Below, piece after piece: positions 9,170-19,415 of a stretch of DNA of 57,760 nt. Position 1 is the first letter of the stretch. Each line of letters opens with the position of its first letter. Under the pieces are notes generated by a model. It was not told the origin of the DNA. It searched no databases and was given only the letters and a program-made list of their open reading frames with translations. A program made the translations under genes and the position numbers. The stretch is taken from positions 1 through 57,760 of IMG/VR virus record IMGVR_UViG_3300048858_000021; one strand, 5' to 3'. The stretch comes from a virus. Its lineage: Duplodnaviria > Caudoviricetes.

Positions 9170-9171
9170 CG

Positions 9172-9660
9172 ATGGGCAAGTGGGACGTCGACTACGACGA
9201 CTACGAGGAGCGGTCCGGCGGGTACGACGGCGAGAAGCCGAAGCCGGGCGTGTACGAGGGCTTCCTCCAGCACTTCGAGAAGCACGACTCCTCGGAGACC
9301 TCGCTTCACTGGGTCTTCGAGATCGACGAGGAGGACTCGGACTACACCGGGTGGCGCGGTCACCTGTACTCCGACATGGAGAACGCCAAGTGGAAGACGC
9401 AGCAGATCGCGAAGGCGATCCAGGGAGGCGAGGAGAAGAAGATCTCCGTCGACCCCGAGAAGGCCGAGAAGATCATCAAGGCCGCGAAGCGCGTCAAGAT
9501 CGTCGTCCGCAAGGGTGAGTACGACGGCGAGTACCAGCCCCGCATCGGCCGCGTCCTGGCGCTCGAGGAGACCACCTCGAAGGGCAAGGGCGGCAAGGCC
9601 GCGAAGGGCGGCAAGGCGAAGAAGGGGTCGAAGGACCCCTGGGCCGAGGGCGACGACTGA
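9172..9660 (+). CDS. Putative single-stranded DNA-binding protein (DUF669-like)
   Basis: AAGGAG RBS; PKPGVYEG motif, acidic/aromatic C-terminus DPWAEGDD; position in recombination module. Confidence 0.7.
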   Translation: MGKWDVDYDDYEERSGGYDGEKPKPGVYEGFLQHFEKHDSSETSLHWVFEIDEEDSDYTGWRGHLYSDMENAKWKTQQIAKAIQGGEEKKISVDPEKAEKIIKAAKRVKIVVRKGEYDGEYQPRIGRVLALEETTSKGKGGKAAKGGKAKKGSKDPWAEGDD

Positions 9661-9681
9661 CCGTCGTACCCCGGGCACACA

Positions 9682-9723
9682 CCGAGGGCGCGTTGCTGGC
9701 ATCGGCTGGCAACGCGCCCTCGG
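9682..9723 (+). terminator. 15-bp GC hairpin, putative terminator
   Basis: ccgagggcgcgttgc / gcaacgcgccctcgg downstream of SSB. Confidence 0.65.
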
Positions 9724-9842
9724 CGCACCTGGCCCGCTGGCGTCGGCCCAGAGCGGCCAACAGCCCCCGGCTCGGTACACGGTTCGGCACCGGCACTTCT
9801 GAGCCGTCTACGGGCCACCGCGCTCCTCTCCAACCGGCCCCG

Positions 9843-9948
9843 GGGACCTACCCCGGCTAGGGAAACGGAGGCGCCCTCACGCGCACGCGCGTGAGGTACC
9901 ACACGGATCGCCAGCCGGGGCCACGCCAGCCACCGACCGGAGAGGAGA
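9843..9948. repeat. Three-box non-coding element, copy A
   Basis: GGGACCTACCCC-N20-CCTCACGCG-N4-CGCGTGA-N38-CCGACCGGAGAGGAGA; recurs at 28238-28346. Confidence 0.85.
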
Positions 9949-10081
9949 TTTTGGGCCAGGAGCAACTCATCTGGAAAGACGACACGGAGGGCTCGAAGAT
10001 AGTCAGTAGTTAGGAAGGGCGTACAGTTAGCAGGCACAGCAACCCTCACTCCTCTTATTGCGAGTCTTGAATCTCGTCTCT

Positions 10082-10137
10082 AGAAGAGTGTTATATATAG
10101 GTGTTCCCGGAGGAGAGACCCCAAAAGGTCTCGAGGT
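10082..10137. other. AT-rich element copy A (possible origin or promoter)
   Basis: ATATAG-GTGTT-GGAGAG-AAGGTCTCGAGGT, similar to 29094-29137; upstream of primase-helicase. Confidence 0.45.
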
Positions 10138-10168
10138 AGTGGGAAGCCCGGGGAAGTGGGAGAAGTCG

Positions 10169-10378
10169 ATGGTGTGGAAGAAGGACCCGGAGAGGGTCAA
10201 GATCAATCAGCATCTCCACCGGATGCACGGTGGTTACGCTGCGAGCGGTGACACGCTGGCGCGCAACGTGGCTCACGAGATGCTTCACGACACGCCGGAT
10301 GGTTGGGCGGGCAAGCCCCGACACCGGCACCTCGATGGCGACCTCGAGCGCTTCGAGACCGAGGGCGACGAGGAGTGA
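10169..10378 (+). CDS. His-rich hypothetical protein (69 aa)
   Basis: ATG 10169 after GGGAGAAG; stop overlaps primase GTG. Confidence 0.6.
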   Translation: MVWKKDPERVKINQHLHRMHGGYAASGDTLARNVAHEMLHDTPDGWAGKPRHRHLDGDLERFETEGDEE

Positions 10379-13260
10379 GTGCCACGGCGAAGAAGGGCAG
10401 CGGGTGGGCTGAGAAGTTCGAGAAGTGGCTGACGACGGGCGAGCCCAACGAGAAGGGCGAGTACCGGGGCCACTGCCCCATCCACGAGGAGATCGGTGAG
10501 GGCACTCCGAGTGCCTCGTTCAACTTCGACAAGGGGCAGTTCTACTGCTTCTCAGAGGACATCGGAATGTCGATGGCCTCTCTCTGGTCGATCGTACGCG
10601 ACGACGAGCGCGAGGCGGGGTCGGAGCGCCCTCCCCGTGGTTCCCGACGCAGCAACGTGGAGAATCTGGACGCTGCCCGGCAGAGGAAGCGCGGCAAGGC
10701 GTCTCTGCCCACGGAGTCTCAGATCGAGAAGTGGCATGAGGCGCTCCGTCGTTCTCAGTCTGCCCTCAAGGTGATCCAGGACAAGACGGGATGGGACCTG
10801 TCGACCATCGACGAGTTCCAGATCGGCTATAGCATCCAGGACAGCCGGTACACGTTCCCGGTTCGCCATGAGAACGGCGAACTGATCAACGTCCGGAAGT
10901 ACAAGCCGAACGCCACCGGCAGCGTCGCGAAGGTGCTCGGCATCACCGGGCACAACGACACCGACCTCTTCCCGAGGCAGGTGCTCGCGAAGAACGACTG
11001 GGTGGTCCTCACCGAGGGCGAGAAGGACGCCATCACCGGTAACGCGAACGGCTTCCCCACCGTCACGGCTACCGGTGGCGCGAAGCGGATGCCGGAGCAC
11101 CTGGCGCAGATGTTCGCGGACAAGGTCGTCTTCATCTGCTACGACGTCGACGACACCGGCAAGGGCGGTGCGACGAAGGCGGCTATCCTCATCAGCCGCT
11201 ACGCGAAGTCTGTGCACATCGTCAACCTCCCGCTGGACGCGAAGAAGAAGGAAGACCTCACCGACTACTTCCACGTTCACGGGTACACGCCGAAGGAGTT
11301 CCAGACGCTCCTCGACGAGGCGAAGGAGAACCCCTTCACCGAGCGGGAGTACGCAAGCCGAGTCGGCAAGGGAGCCCGGGACGTCAGCCTCGAGCAGTCG
11401 ATGAGCGCTGAGCACGGCAACGACCCTCTCGCCATCACGGTGAGCGTGGCCGGGAAGGTGCAGCCTGCCTATCTCCTCCCGAAGACCGTCGCCTTCACGT
11501 GCGATCAGGACTACGGCAACAAGTGCGGGAAGTGCGACATGCACCTCCGGTACAACGGCGCTGTCTCGAAGGGCATCGCCAGAGACAACCCGGTGCTCCT
11601 GGAACTGATCGACGTTACCAAGATGCGCAGCGATCAGATTCTCGCGAAGGAGGTCGCAGGAGCGCCTCCCACCTGCCCTCGCCTCATGATCGAGGAAGAG
11701 GAGCGATGGAACGTAGAGGAACTGGTCGTCATGCCGTCGGTCGACGACCGCACCGAGGACCAGCAGAACCCGATCAGCCGTCGAGTCTACAATGTCGGAG
11801 AGTACAACACTCCGATTAACACGGTGAGCCGCCTCGTCGGCGTCAATACGACGGACCCGCGCAATCGTCGCAGCGTGTTCCAGACGTGGGAGGCGGAGCA
11901 GACCAAGACCAATCTAGATAAGTTCGAGATGACCGAGGAACTCAACGAGGCCCTCAAGATCTTCCGTCCGAAGAAGGGGCAGACGCCCATTCAGAAGATG
12001 AAGGAGATCGCCGACGACCTGGAAGCGAACATCACTCGCATCTACGGTCGACCGGAACTGCACATGGCGTACGATCTGATGTGGCATTCGGTCATGGACT
12101 TCAAGTTCCGTGGCGTGCAGTTGGGCAAGGGCTGGCTCGAGATCCTGGTCATGGGTGACACCCGTACCGGCAAGAGCGAAGCCGCGCTCAAGTTGACCGA
12201 TCACTATCAGTCGGGCGTCTTGAAGTCCTGTGAGGGAGCCACGCTGGCGGGTCTGGTGGGCGGTGCGCAGCAGACCGGAAACTCGTGGATGATCACCTGG
12301 GGAACCATCCCGCTCAACGACCGTCGTCTCGTCTTCCTCGACGAGGCTTCCGGCCTGAGCGACAAGGGCATCATCGAGCAAATGTCGGCGGTCCGTTCTT
12401 CTGGTCGTGCTCAGGTGACCAAGATTATCTCTCAGGAGACAAGTGCGAGAACGAGGCTCGGGTGGATCTCCAACCCTCCCGACGGCCGTCCCATCGCAGA
12501 GATGAGCCGGGGAGCCATCGAGGCTATCCAGATGCTCATCAAGAACCCAGAGGACATCGCCCGGTTCGACTTCGCCCTGGCGGCTGCGAGCAGCGACGTG
12601 GGGTCGGCAACGATCAACAGCATGACGCCGCCGAAGGTGGACCACGTCTACACCCGGGAACTGTGCAGCGCTCTCGTGGCGTGGGCATGGTCCCGGAGGG
12701 TTGACGATGTGGTGTGGGCCGACGATGCCGAGGAGACCATCCTCAAGATCGCAGAGGAACTCGGCAAGTCGTACATTCCGGAGCCCCCGCTGATCCAGGC
12801 CGAGAACGTCCGGGTGAAGTTGGCCCGCATCGCCGTCGCGATGGCCGCACGAGTGTTCAGCGCCACCTCTGACGGTGAGAAGGTCGTGGTTCGCAAGAAG
12901 CACGTCATCGATGCTCGTAAGTTCCTGGACTACATCTACGGCATGGACACGATGGGATACCAGCAGTTCTCCCACCGGACCATCACCAGCCGCCAGCGCG
13001 CCGAGGAGTCGATCAAGACCGCACGTCGCTACCTGATCAAGAACGAAGACGCAATGCGCGGCCTCCTGTCGTGCATGGGCTCTGACTTCAAGGTGCGCGA
13101 CTTCGAGGAATTCGCGGGAATGAGCCGTGACGAGGCTCAGATCACTGTGCGGGACCTCATGGGAATGAAGATGCTGCGTCGCATGAATCGTGGATACATC
13201 CGAATGGAGCCGCCTCTCCTGAAGATGCTCAAGGACATGGAGGATGACTTCGACCTGTAG
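10375..13260 (+). CDS. Primase-helicase: Zn finger + TOPRIM primase fused to MCM-like AAA+ helicase
   Basis: CPIHEE..FYCF Zn finger; EGEKD and CYDVDDTG TOPRIM; second Cys cluster; GDTRTGKS, VFLDE, ARFDF (MCM SRFD-like). Confidence 0.88.
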   Translation: MSATAKKGSGWAEKFEKWLTTGEPNEKGEYRGHCPIHEEIGEGTPSASFNFDKGQFYCFSEDIGMSMASLWSIVRDDEREAGSERPPRGSRRSNVENLDAARQRKRGKASLPTESQIEKWHEALRRSQSALKVIQDKTGWDLSTIDEFQIGYSIQDSRYTFPVRHENGELINVRKYKPNATGSVAKVLGITGHNDTDLFPRQVLAKNDWVVLTEGEKDAITGNANGFPTVTATGGAKRMPEHLAQMFADKVVFICYDVDDTGKGGATKAAILISRYAKSVHIVNLPLDAKKKEDLTDYFHVHGYTPKEFQTLLDEAKENPFTEREYASRVGKGARDVSLEQSMSAEHGNDPLAITVSVAGKVQPAYLLPKTVAFTCDQDYGNKCGKCDMHLRYNGAVSKGIARDNPVLLELIDVTKMRSDQILAKEVAGAPPTCPRLMIEEEERWNVEELVVMPSVDDRTEDQQNPISRRVYNVGEYNTPINTVSRLVGVNTTDPRNRRSVFQTWEAEQTKTNLDKFEMTEELNEALKIFRPKKGQTPIQKMKEIADDLEANITRIYGRPELHMAYDLMWHSVMDFKFRGVQLGKGWLEILVMGDTRTGKSEAALKLTDHYQSGVLKSCEGATLAGLVGGAQQTGNSWMITWGTIPLNDRRLVFLDEASGLSDKGIIEQMSAVRSSGRAQVTKIISQETSARTRLGWISNPPDGRPIAEMSRGAIEAIQMLIKNPEDIARFDFALAAASSDVGSATINSMTPPKVDHVYTRELCSALVAWAWSRRVDDVVWADDAEETILKIAEELGKSYIPEPPLIQAENVRVKLARIAVAMAARVFSATSDGEKVVVRKKHVIDARKFLDYIYGMDTMGYQQFSHRTITSRQRAEESIKTARRYLIKNEDAMRGLLSCMGSDFKVRDFEEFAGMSRDEAQITVRDLMGMKMLRRMNRGYIRMEPPLLKMLKDMEDDFDL

Positions 13261-13324
13261 AGGCGGTGTCTGCGGTACGATGGTGGGGCGCCCGGCAAGG
13301 GGCGCAGAGAGACAGGAGAGTGGG

Positions 13325-13831
13325 ATGCCTACGATGTCGAGGCGGCAGCGTGAAGCCGCACAGACGTTCCGGGAGAAGCACGGCGACGAGGCCGCTGCCG
13401 AGATGCTGGCCCTGATGGGCTTCACCGACCAGCAGATCGCTCGGGCGTTCATGCCGGTCCCGGCGCAGCCGGACCAGGGGTCTGTCGTGCGGTTCACGGC
13501 CCTCGGGACGTACCGCTACGCGGCGATCCGGATGGGTGCGTACTGGTACGTCACCAGCGACGGCGATCGCCGCTCGACGGCTCTGCCGAAGATGACCTGG
13601 GACGCGCTGCTCGAGTGGGGAGGCCCGCAGTTGATCGAGACGCTCGAGGTCATGGTGCCCAACTCGCAGTCGGTGTCCCCGTTCGAGTTCGACCGCCTGT
13701 CCGCTCACAACCGGTTCCTCCAGAACAAGGTCGACATCGCACTTGGTTCTCTGGCAGGAGCGATCACCCCTCCGGAGGGCAAGTCCAGGACGGACTATGC
13801 GATCGAGATCCTTCAGGCTGGCGACCGATGA
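13325..13831 (+). CDS. Hypothetical protein (168 aa)
   Basis: AGGAG RBS; GGTACGAT box upstream; coupled to next gene. Confidence 0.7.
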   Translation: MPTMSRRQREAAQTFREKHGDEAAAEMLALMGFTDQQIARAFMPVPAQPDQGSVVRFTALGTYRYAAIRMGAYWYVTSDGDRRSTALPKMTWDALLEWGGPQLIETLEVMVPNSQSVSPFEFDRLSAHNRFLQNKVDIALGSLAGAITPPEGKSRTDYAIEILQAGDR

Positions 13832-14649
13832 GGGTGCTCGTCCTGGGCTGTGGCCCTGCCGGTCTCATGGCAGCGCACGCAGCCGCTCTCGCTGGGCACG
13901 ACGTGCTCATCTACTCGAAGGCCCGGAAGAGCCGCCTGTACGGCTGCCAGTACCTCCACGCGCCCATCCCCGGCATCAGCGAGGACCAGCCCGTCGACGT
14001 GTCGTACCACCTGGACGGCACGCCGGAGGACTACCGTCGCAAGGTCTACGGCCCGACGTGGAAGGGTAAGGTGAGCCCGGAGACGCTGGACGCCGACCAC
14101 CACGCCTGGGACATCCGCGCCGCGTACGATCGTCTCTGGGACATGTACGGGTCGTACGTTCAGGACATCGACCTCCAGAACCCCGAGGCGCTCGAGGGCG
14201 TTCTGCACTCTGGTCAGGACGTCACGTTCTCGACGGTCCCCGCCCCGCTGCTCTGCGCAGACCCCGGGCACGACTTCGGCTTCGAGACGGTGTACGCGCT
14301 GGGCGACGCGCCGGAGGAGGGGCAGTACGTGCCCTTCAGACCGGCTCAGAACTACGGCGAGCACGCCGTGGTGTGCAACGGCCTGGACGTGCCGTCGTGG
14401 TATCGCCTGGCGACCGTGCATGGCTACACCACCGTCGAGTGGCCCGGTAGTAAGAAGCCGCCCGTCGCTGGCGTGGCAGAGGTCACGAAGCCGCTCGCGA
14501 CCGACTGCACCTGCCTCCCGGACGTGCACCGGCTGGGACGTTACGGCGCCTGGCGCAAGGGCGTCCTCAGCCATGAGGCGTTCTTCGAGGCAACCATCGT
14601 CCTCGGCAACTACTCCCTCGGTATTCAGGACACGTTGGAGGGGCTGTGA
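13828..14649 (+). CDS. FAD-dependent oxidoreductase (UDP-galactopyranose mutase-like architecture)
   Basis: MRVLVLGCGPAGLMAA Rossmann GxGxxG; GCQYLH; STVP; C-terminal LGRYGAW. Confidence 0.8.
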   Translation: MRVLVLGCGPAGLMAAHAAALAGHDVLIYSKARKSRLYGCQYLHAPIPGISEDQPVDVSYHLDGTPEDYRRKVYGPTWKGKVSPETLDADHHAWDIRAAYDRLWDMYGSYVQDIDLQNPEALEGVLHSGQDVTFSTVPAPLLCADPGHDFGFETVYALGDAPEEGQYVPFRPAQNYGEHAVVCNGLDVPSWYRLATVHGYTTVEWPGSKKPPVAGVAEVTKPLATDCTCLPDVHRLGRYGAWRKGVLSHEAFFEATIVLGNYSLGIQDTLEGL

Positions 14650-15296
14650 GGCTGGCACCGCGTCGCGCGCAGGTGGCGGCCCCTGGCGAGGTCCTCCGGC
14701 CGATCATCGGCCTGGACGTCGACGGCACGTTCGCCAGGTACCATGAGCACTTCGAGCGGTTCTTCCGAGAGTGGTCCGGCAAGGAGACCCCGGGCACCGG
14801 CTACGCGGGCGGGCAGTCGTTCGCCTCGTACCTCGGCACCTCGAAGGCCACGTATCGACAGGCGAAGTTGGCGTACCGCCTCGGCGGCTGGAAGCGCTCG
14901 ATGCCGGTGTACGACGGCGCTGCCGACATGGTCCGTGCCTGGCGTAGCCTCGGGGCCGAGGTCGCCATCTGCACCACCCGCCCGTTCCTGAGCCTCGAGG
15001 CGGTGGAGAAGGACACGCACCACTTCCTCCGGCGCAACGGCATCCAGCACGATTATGTCATTCACGGCGAACGGAAGTACCTCGACCTGGCGCGTTTCGG
15101 TACCGACCGCATTGCATTCGTGGCCGACGACCTTCCCGAGATGGTTCGTCAGGCTGACTCTGCCGGTCTCATCTCCGTCATTCGTACGCAGCCGTACAAC
15201 GCGGACATGGACTGGAACATCGACGCCTATGACATTGAGCAACTTATGTGGGTAGGCTGTGCTCTAATCGAAGAGTGGAAGGCGAAGCACGCATGA
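14646..15296 (+). CDS. HAD-family phosphatase / nucleotidase
   Basis: GLDVDGT motif I, CTTR motif II, K motif III, ADD motif IV. Confidence 0.85.
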   Translation: MRLAPRRAQVAAPGEVLRPIIGLDVDGTFARYHEHFERFFREWSGKETPGTGYAGGQSFASYLGTSKATYRQAKLAYRLGGWKRSMPVYDGAADMVRAWRSLGAEVAICTTRPFLSLEAVEKDTHHFLRRNGIQHDYVIHGERKYLDLARFGTDRIAFVADDLPEMVRQADSAGLISVIRTQPYNADMDWNIDAYDIEQLMWVGCALIEEWKAKHA

Positions 15297-15616
15297 AGAT
15301 CACCGTAAAGGTCGAGGCCGATCCCGGGGAGGAGCAGGCCGACGCACTTGTGTACGCCGAGACTCTTCAGAACGCTGCGAACCTGTTCGTCGAGAAGAAC
15401 CGCTTCTACGGCGGCGCCTTCCGTGAGCAGGGGTGGATGGGAAACCTCGCTCGCATCATGAGCAAGACGGCCCGGTTGCGTTCGATGCAATGGAGACCGG
15501 CTCCGCTCGACGACGCGAACGAGACGGTAGACGACACGCTCGTCGACCTCGTCAACCTGTCAGTGTTCGGCATCATCAACCGGCAGGAGCGGAACATCTG
15601 GGGTCGACGTGGCTGA
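15293..15616 (+). CDS. DUF1599/Nmad1-like nucleotide-modification-associated protein
   Basis: KNRFYGGAF...RIMSKTARL...ETVDDTLVDLVN matches KNxDYG/KxxRL/DTxxDL pattern. Confidence 0.7.
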   Translation: MKITVKVEADPGEEQADALVYAETLQNAANLFVEKNRFYGGAFREQGWMGNLARIMSKTARLRSMQWRPAPLDDANETVDDTLVDLVNLSVFGIINRQERNIWGRRG

Positions 15617-15938
15617 CGAGGGCTTCGGCTATCTGAGCGGTCCGAGCGGCGACCCCCGCATGGTGGGGGTTGGCGTCGGTCCTGCGCCCACATGGCCCGA
15701 GGGCGGCGAGCCTGAGGCCACCTGCCGCGTGTGCGGCGAGCCCCTGTGGGAGAGCGATCCGGACGTGTGGGTGCACCACTCCGACCAGGACGTCCACGAG
15801 GGGGTCCCGGAAGGCTGTGCGCACGTCGTGTCGTACGGCTCTCGGAACCCCGACTCGCCGCGCTTCGGCCCGGACGAGTTCTGCGAGAACTATGCCACTC
15901 CGAGTTCCGACTACTGCACGGACCACGGTGGAGAATGA
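15609..15938 (+). CDS. Cys/His-rich hypothetical protein
   Basis: CRVC, FCEN..YCTDH; operon-packed. Confidence 0.6.
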   Translation: MADEGFGYLSGPSGDPRMVGVGVGPAPTWPEGGEPEATCRVCGEPLWESDPDVWVHHSDQDVHEGVPEGCAHVVSYGSRNPDSPRFGPDEFCENYATPSSDYCTDHGGE

Positions 15939-16237
15939 GCATCGCAACGGATACGTTCGAGCAGTTGACGGAAGGTCTCGAGGCGAAGACGCCTTGCCTG
16001 ATCCATGAGGTTCTCGGAAGCGACGACCCCTGCGGGAACGAGGCGGGGCGGCTCGTCTTCTGGCGTAACCCGTGCGGTAACGGCAAGATGGTCGAACCTC
16101 CGTTCGCCACGGCGCTGTGTCGAGCCCATGCACAGGAACTCGTGCGCGGCTTCGACTCTGGCATCTTCGCCTGTGAGGCCTGTGACACTGTCATTCACGA
16201 CTCGACGCACGCGATCAAGAGAGTAGAGGATCTGTAG
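15935..16237 (+). CDS. Cys-rich hypothetical protein (100 aa)
   Basis: ATGA overlap; LCRAH, CEAC. Confidence 0.6.
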   Translation: MSIATDTFEQLTEGLEAKTPCLIHEVLGSDDPCGNEAGRLVFWRNPCGNGKMVEPPFATALCRAHAQELVRGFDSGIFACEACDTVIHDSTHAIKRVEDL

Positions 16238-19200
16238 TGGGTCGGTTCGTCTCCCTTCACCACCACTCGACTTTCTCCTACCAGGATGGTTTCCGCCAGC
16301 CCGAGGAGCACGTCAAGAGGGCCGCAGAACTCGGTATGGAGGCGATGGCGCTCACCGAGCACGGCAACGTGACCAGCCACGTCAAACTTGAGCGTGCGGC
16401 CCTTGAGGCTGGCATCAAGCCCATCTTCGGGGTCGAGGCGTACACGGGCGGTGTGGGGGAGAACGCCAGCCGGTACAAGTGGCACCTCACGATGCTGGCG
16501 CAGACGCAGACCGGCCTCGCCAACCTGTACGAGATGGTCTCGCGAGGATGGGCCGAGGGCTACTACTACGAGCCCACCATCTCAGGCGACATGCTGGCAG
16601 AACTCCACGAAGGCGTCATTGTCCTGAGCGGGTGCAGCGGTTCGAAGTTGGCCGTAGACCTCCTGGGTGGCAAGGGCACACCGCTCCACAAGGCGGACAT
16701 CCAGGCGGCCACCAGGACGGCAGAGAAGTTCCGTGAACTCCTCGGGGACCGGTACTACCTAGAGGTCCAGGCGTTCCCGGAACTCGAGCGCACGAAGGCG
16801 ATCAACGAGTCGTACCTCCGTATCTCGGAGAAGACTGGCATCCCGATCGTAGTCACGACGGACGTGCACTACCCGCACGCTCACGACAATGAGATGCAAC
16901 TCCTCATTCATGCCATCGACCGTGGCGGTAAGAACAACACGATCGAGAAGCAGGCGCAGGGCTGGGGGTATGACATCCCGCTCGTGGACCACCCGGACAA
17001 GGTGCTCGTCAAGAAGTTGCGTGCCACGGGATTCTCCAAGTCGGAGGCGTGGGCGGCAATCGAGACGTCGAATGAGATCGCACAGCGCATCGACGTCAAA
17101 CTGCCTCGGCTCGAAGACCTCAAGTACACCGGCAGCATCGACGCGTCGAAGGAGCAGTTCCGCCAGGCAATCCGCGACGGGTGGGTCTACCGGGGCTTCG
17201 ACAGGCTGCCGACGAAGACCCGCAAGGAGTACAGTCGCCGTCTCAAGTACGAGATGGAAATGATCGAGGAAAAGGGCTTCGTTGACTACTTCCTGACGGT
17301 GGCCGACGTGGTCATCTTCGCGAAGAGCAACGGGATCCCTGTCGGCCCCGCCCGAGGTTCTGCCGCAGCCTCACTGGTCTGCTTCATCATGCGGATCACC
17401 GAGGTCAACCCGATGTTCTTCCCGAACCTGATCTTCGAGCGGTTCATCGACATCAACCGGCACGACCTCCCCGACATCGACCTTGACTTTGACGACGAGC
17501 GTCGCTATCTCATTCGCGAGTACCTTGTGATGAAGTACGGTGAGGAGCGCGTCGGCAACATCGGAACGTTCACGAAGTACAAGGGCAAGAACAGTATCGA
17601 TGACGTGGCTCGGGTCTACCAGATCCCGAAGTTCGCCACCGACGGCGTCAAGGAGATGCTCATCGAGCGTTCCTCCGGCGACCTGCGTGCAGGTGCCACC
17701 ATCGAGGACACTATCGAGATGTTCCCGAAGGTGAAGGACATCTTCGATAAGTACCCGGCGCTCTACAAGGCGCAGCAGTTGGAGGGCAATCTCCGGGGCT
17801 TCAGCGTGCACGCCGCTGGGCTGGTCGTGGCAAACGACCCGCTCACCAACTCCGTTGCGGTGTACCGGCGCTTCGACCAGAAGGGCAACGTGATCGGCGA
17901 GGTGCTGTCCATTGACAAGCATGACGCCGAGTACATCAATGCCCTCAAGATCGATGTGCTGGGGCTCACGACGATGGGCATGATCCGCCGGTGTCTCGAA
18001 ATGATCGGCATGACGCTCGAGGAACTGTACGCGGTTCCGCTCGACGACGAGAAGGTGTTCGACGGCTTCCGGCGTAACGAGGTCATCGGCGTGTTCCAGT
18101 TCGACGGGCGTGCGATGCGCTCTGTGAACCGAGAGGTGAAGCCGGACACGTTCGCCGAGGTCTGCGACATCAACGCGCTTGCACGACCCGGCCCCCTGCA
18201 CTCCGGCGCAGCAGCCGAGTACATCATGGTGAAGCACGGGAAGAAGAAGGTGGAGATTCTCCACCCGGTCGTCGCGCGCATCACGGCTCACACGAATCAG
18301 CAGATCGTGTATCAGGAGCAGATTCTCCAGGTCGTTCGCGAACTCGGCAACTTCACGTGGGAGGAGGCCGCGCTCATCCGCAAACTGATCTCGAAGAAGC
18401 AGGGCGAGCAGGCGTTCAACCGCATGATGGACAAGTTCGTCAAGGGCGCTATGGAGAACGGCCTCAACGAGCAGAACGCCGTCAAGGTCTGGAAGCAGTT
18501 GGTCACCGCTGGCGCGTACGCCTTCAACGCTGCGCACTGCGTGTCGTACGGGATGCTCGCCTACTGGACCATGTGGCTCAAGCAGAACTATCCGCTCGAG
18601 TTCTATTGCGCTGCCCTCCAGAAGTACGACCCGAAGACGAAGGGGTTCGATCTCCTCAAGGAGGCGATGCTGGACAAGGGCATCGAGGTCCTCCCTCCGG
18701 ACCCAATCGAGTCGGACATCACATGGTCGTTCGACAAGGCGGGCAACAGCCTTCGGGCGGGCTTCCTCCAGGTCTCGGGTATTGGCGAGAAGACCGCCGT
18801 GCCCATGCTAGAGTTCAGGGAGAAGTGGCTGGCCGATGGCAACGATCCGTCGGACTTCACGTGGGACCACTACACCGCCGTGAGAGGTATCGGACCGGTC
18901 GCCATGCGGAAGGTGCGAGAGTTCGTTGAGGACCCCGACCCGTTTGGGGTCCACGTCATGGGCCAGACGCTTCGAAAGGTCCGGCGGCGCCTGTATAACG
19001 AGGAGGATATCCTCGGCATCCCGTACCCGTACAGCAAGAGCGAGGACGTGCCCTACGAGGCGATCACCGGAGCGCACATCTGGTCTGGTATCGTTCGAGA
19101 GCGTAACCTCAAGGACATCTACGAACTCCACCGGTCTCGTACCGGTGAGGAACTCGACCCTAAAACGGTCCGGGAACCGAAGTACGTGAACTACGTCGTT

Positions 19201-19398
19201 GTCACGGGAGAAGATGAGACCGGCCCGCTGGTCATCACCATCCCCCGGTTCGGCGGCCTGTACGAGCGGTACAAGGATCTCATCTGGAACATGGATGTCA
19301 AGCGGGATATCCTTGTGGTCGAGGGGTACAAGCGGCGAGAATACCGCAGGGCGATCACCGCGAAGAAGATCTGGGTCATCAACCCAGAGAAGTTCTGA
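16237..19398 (+). CDS. dnaE: DNA polymerase III alpha subunit (family C)
   Basis: PHP SLHHHSTFS/TEHG; GPARGSAAAS; PDIDLDF; HAAG; KIDVLGL; YAFNAAH. Confidence 0.97.
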   Translation: MGRFVSLHHHSTFSYQDGFRQPEEHVKRAAELGMEAMALTEHGNVTSHVKLERAALEAGIKPIFGVEAYTGGVGENASRYKWHLTMLAQTQTGLANLYEMVSRGWAEGYYYEPTISGDMLAELHEGVIVLSGCSGSKLAVDLLGGKGTPLHKADIQAATRTAEKFRELLGDRYYLEVQAFPELERTKAINESYLRISEKTGIPIVVTTDVHYPHAHDNEMQLLIHAIDRGGKNNTIEKQAQGWGYDIPLVDHPDKVLVKKLRATGFSKSEAWAAIETSNEIAQRIDVKLPRLEDLKYTGSIDASKEQFRQAIRDGWVYRGFDRLPTKTRKEYSRRLKYEMEMIEEKGFVDYFLTVADVVIFAKSNGIPVGPARGSAAASLVCFIMRITEVNPMFFPNLIFERFIDINRHDLPDIDLDFDDERRYLIREYLVMKYGEERVGNIGTFTKYKGKNSIDDVARVYQIPKFATDGVKEMLIERSSGDLRAGATIEDTIEMFPKVKDIFDKYPALYKAQQLEGNLRGFSVHAAGLVVANDPLTNSVAVYRRFDQKGNVIGEVLSIDKHDAEYINALKIDVLGLTTMGMIRRCLEMIGMTLEELYAVPLDDEKVFDGFRRNEVIGVFQFDGRAMRSVNREVKPDTFAEVCDINALARPGPLHSGAAAEYIMVKHGKKKVEILHPVVARITAHTNQQIVYQEQILQVVRELGNFTWEEAALIRKLISKKQGEQAFNRMMDKFVKGAMENGLNEQNAVKVWKQLVTAGAYAFNAAHCVSYGMLAYWTMWLKQNYPLEFYCAALQKYDPKTKGFDLLKEAMLDKGIEVLPPDPIESDITWSFDKAGNSLRAGFLQVSGIGEKTAVPMLEFREKWLADGNDPSDFTWDHYTAVRGIGPVAMRKVREFVEDPDPFGVHVMGQTLRKVRRRLYNEEDILGIPYPYSKSEDVPYEAITGAHIWSGIVRERNLKDIYELHRSRTGEELDPKTVREPKYVNYVVVTGEDETGPLVITIPRFGGLYERYKDLIWNMDVKRDILVVEGYKRREYRRAITAKKIWVINPEKF

Positions 19399-19415
19399 CA
19401 GAGAGAAGTGGGAAC

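Noticed and set aside
9660-9840. Possible tRNA in the multi-stem intergenic region
   Set aside because: No convincing acceptor stem, D-loop or anticodon arm geometry despite a GGTTCG string
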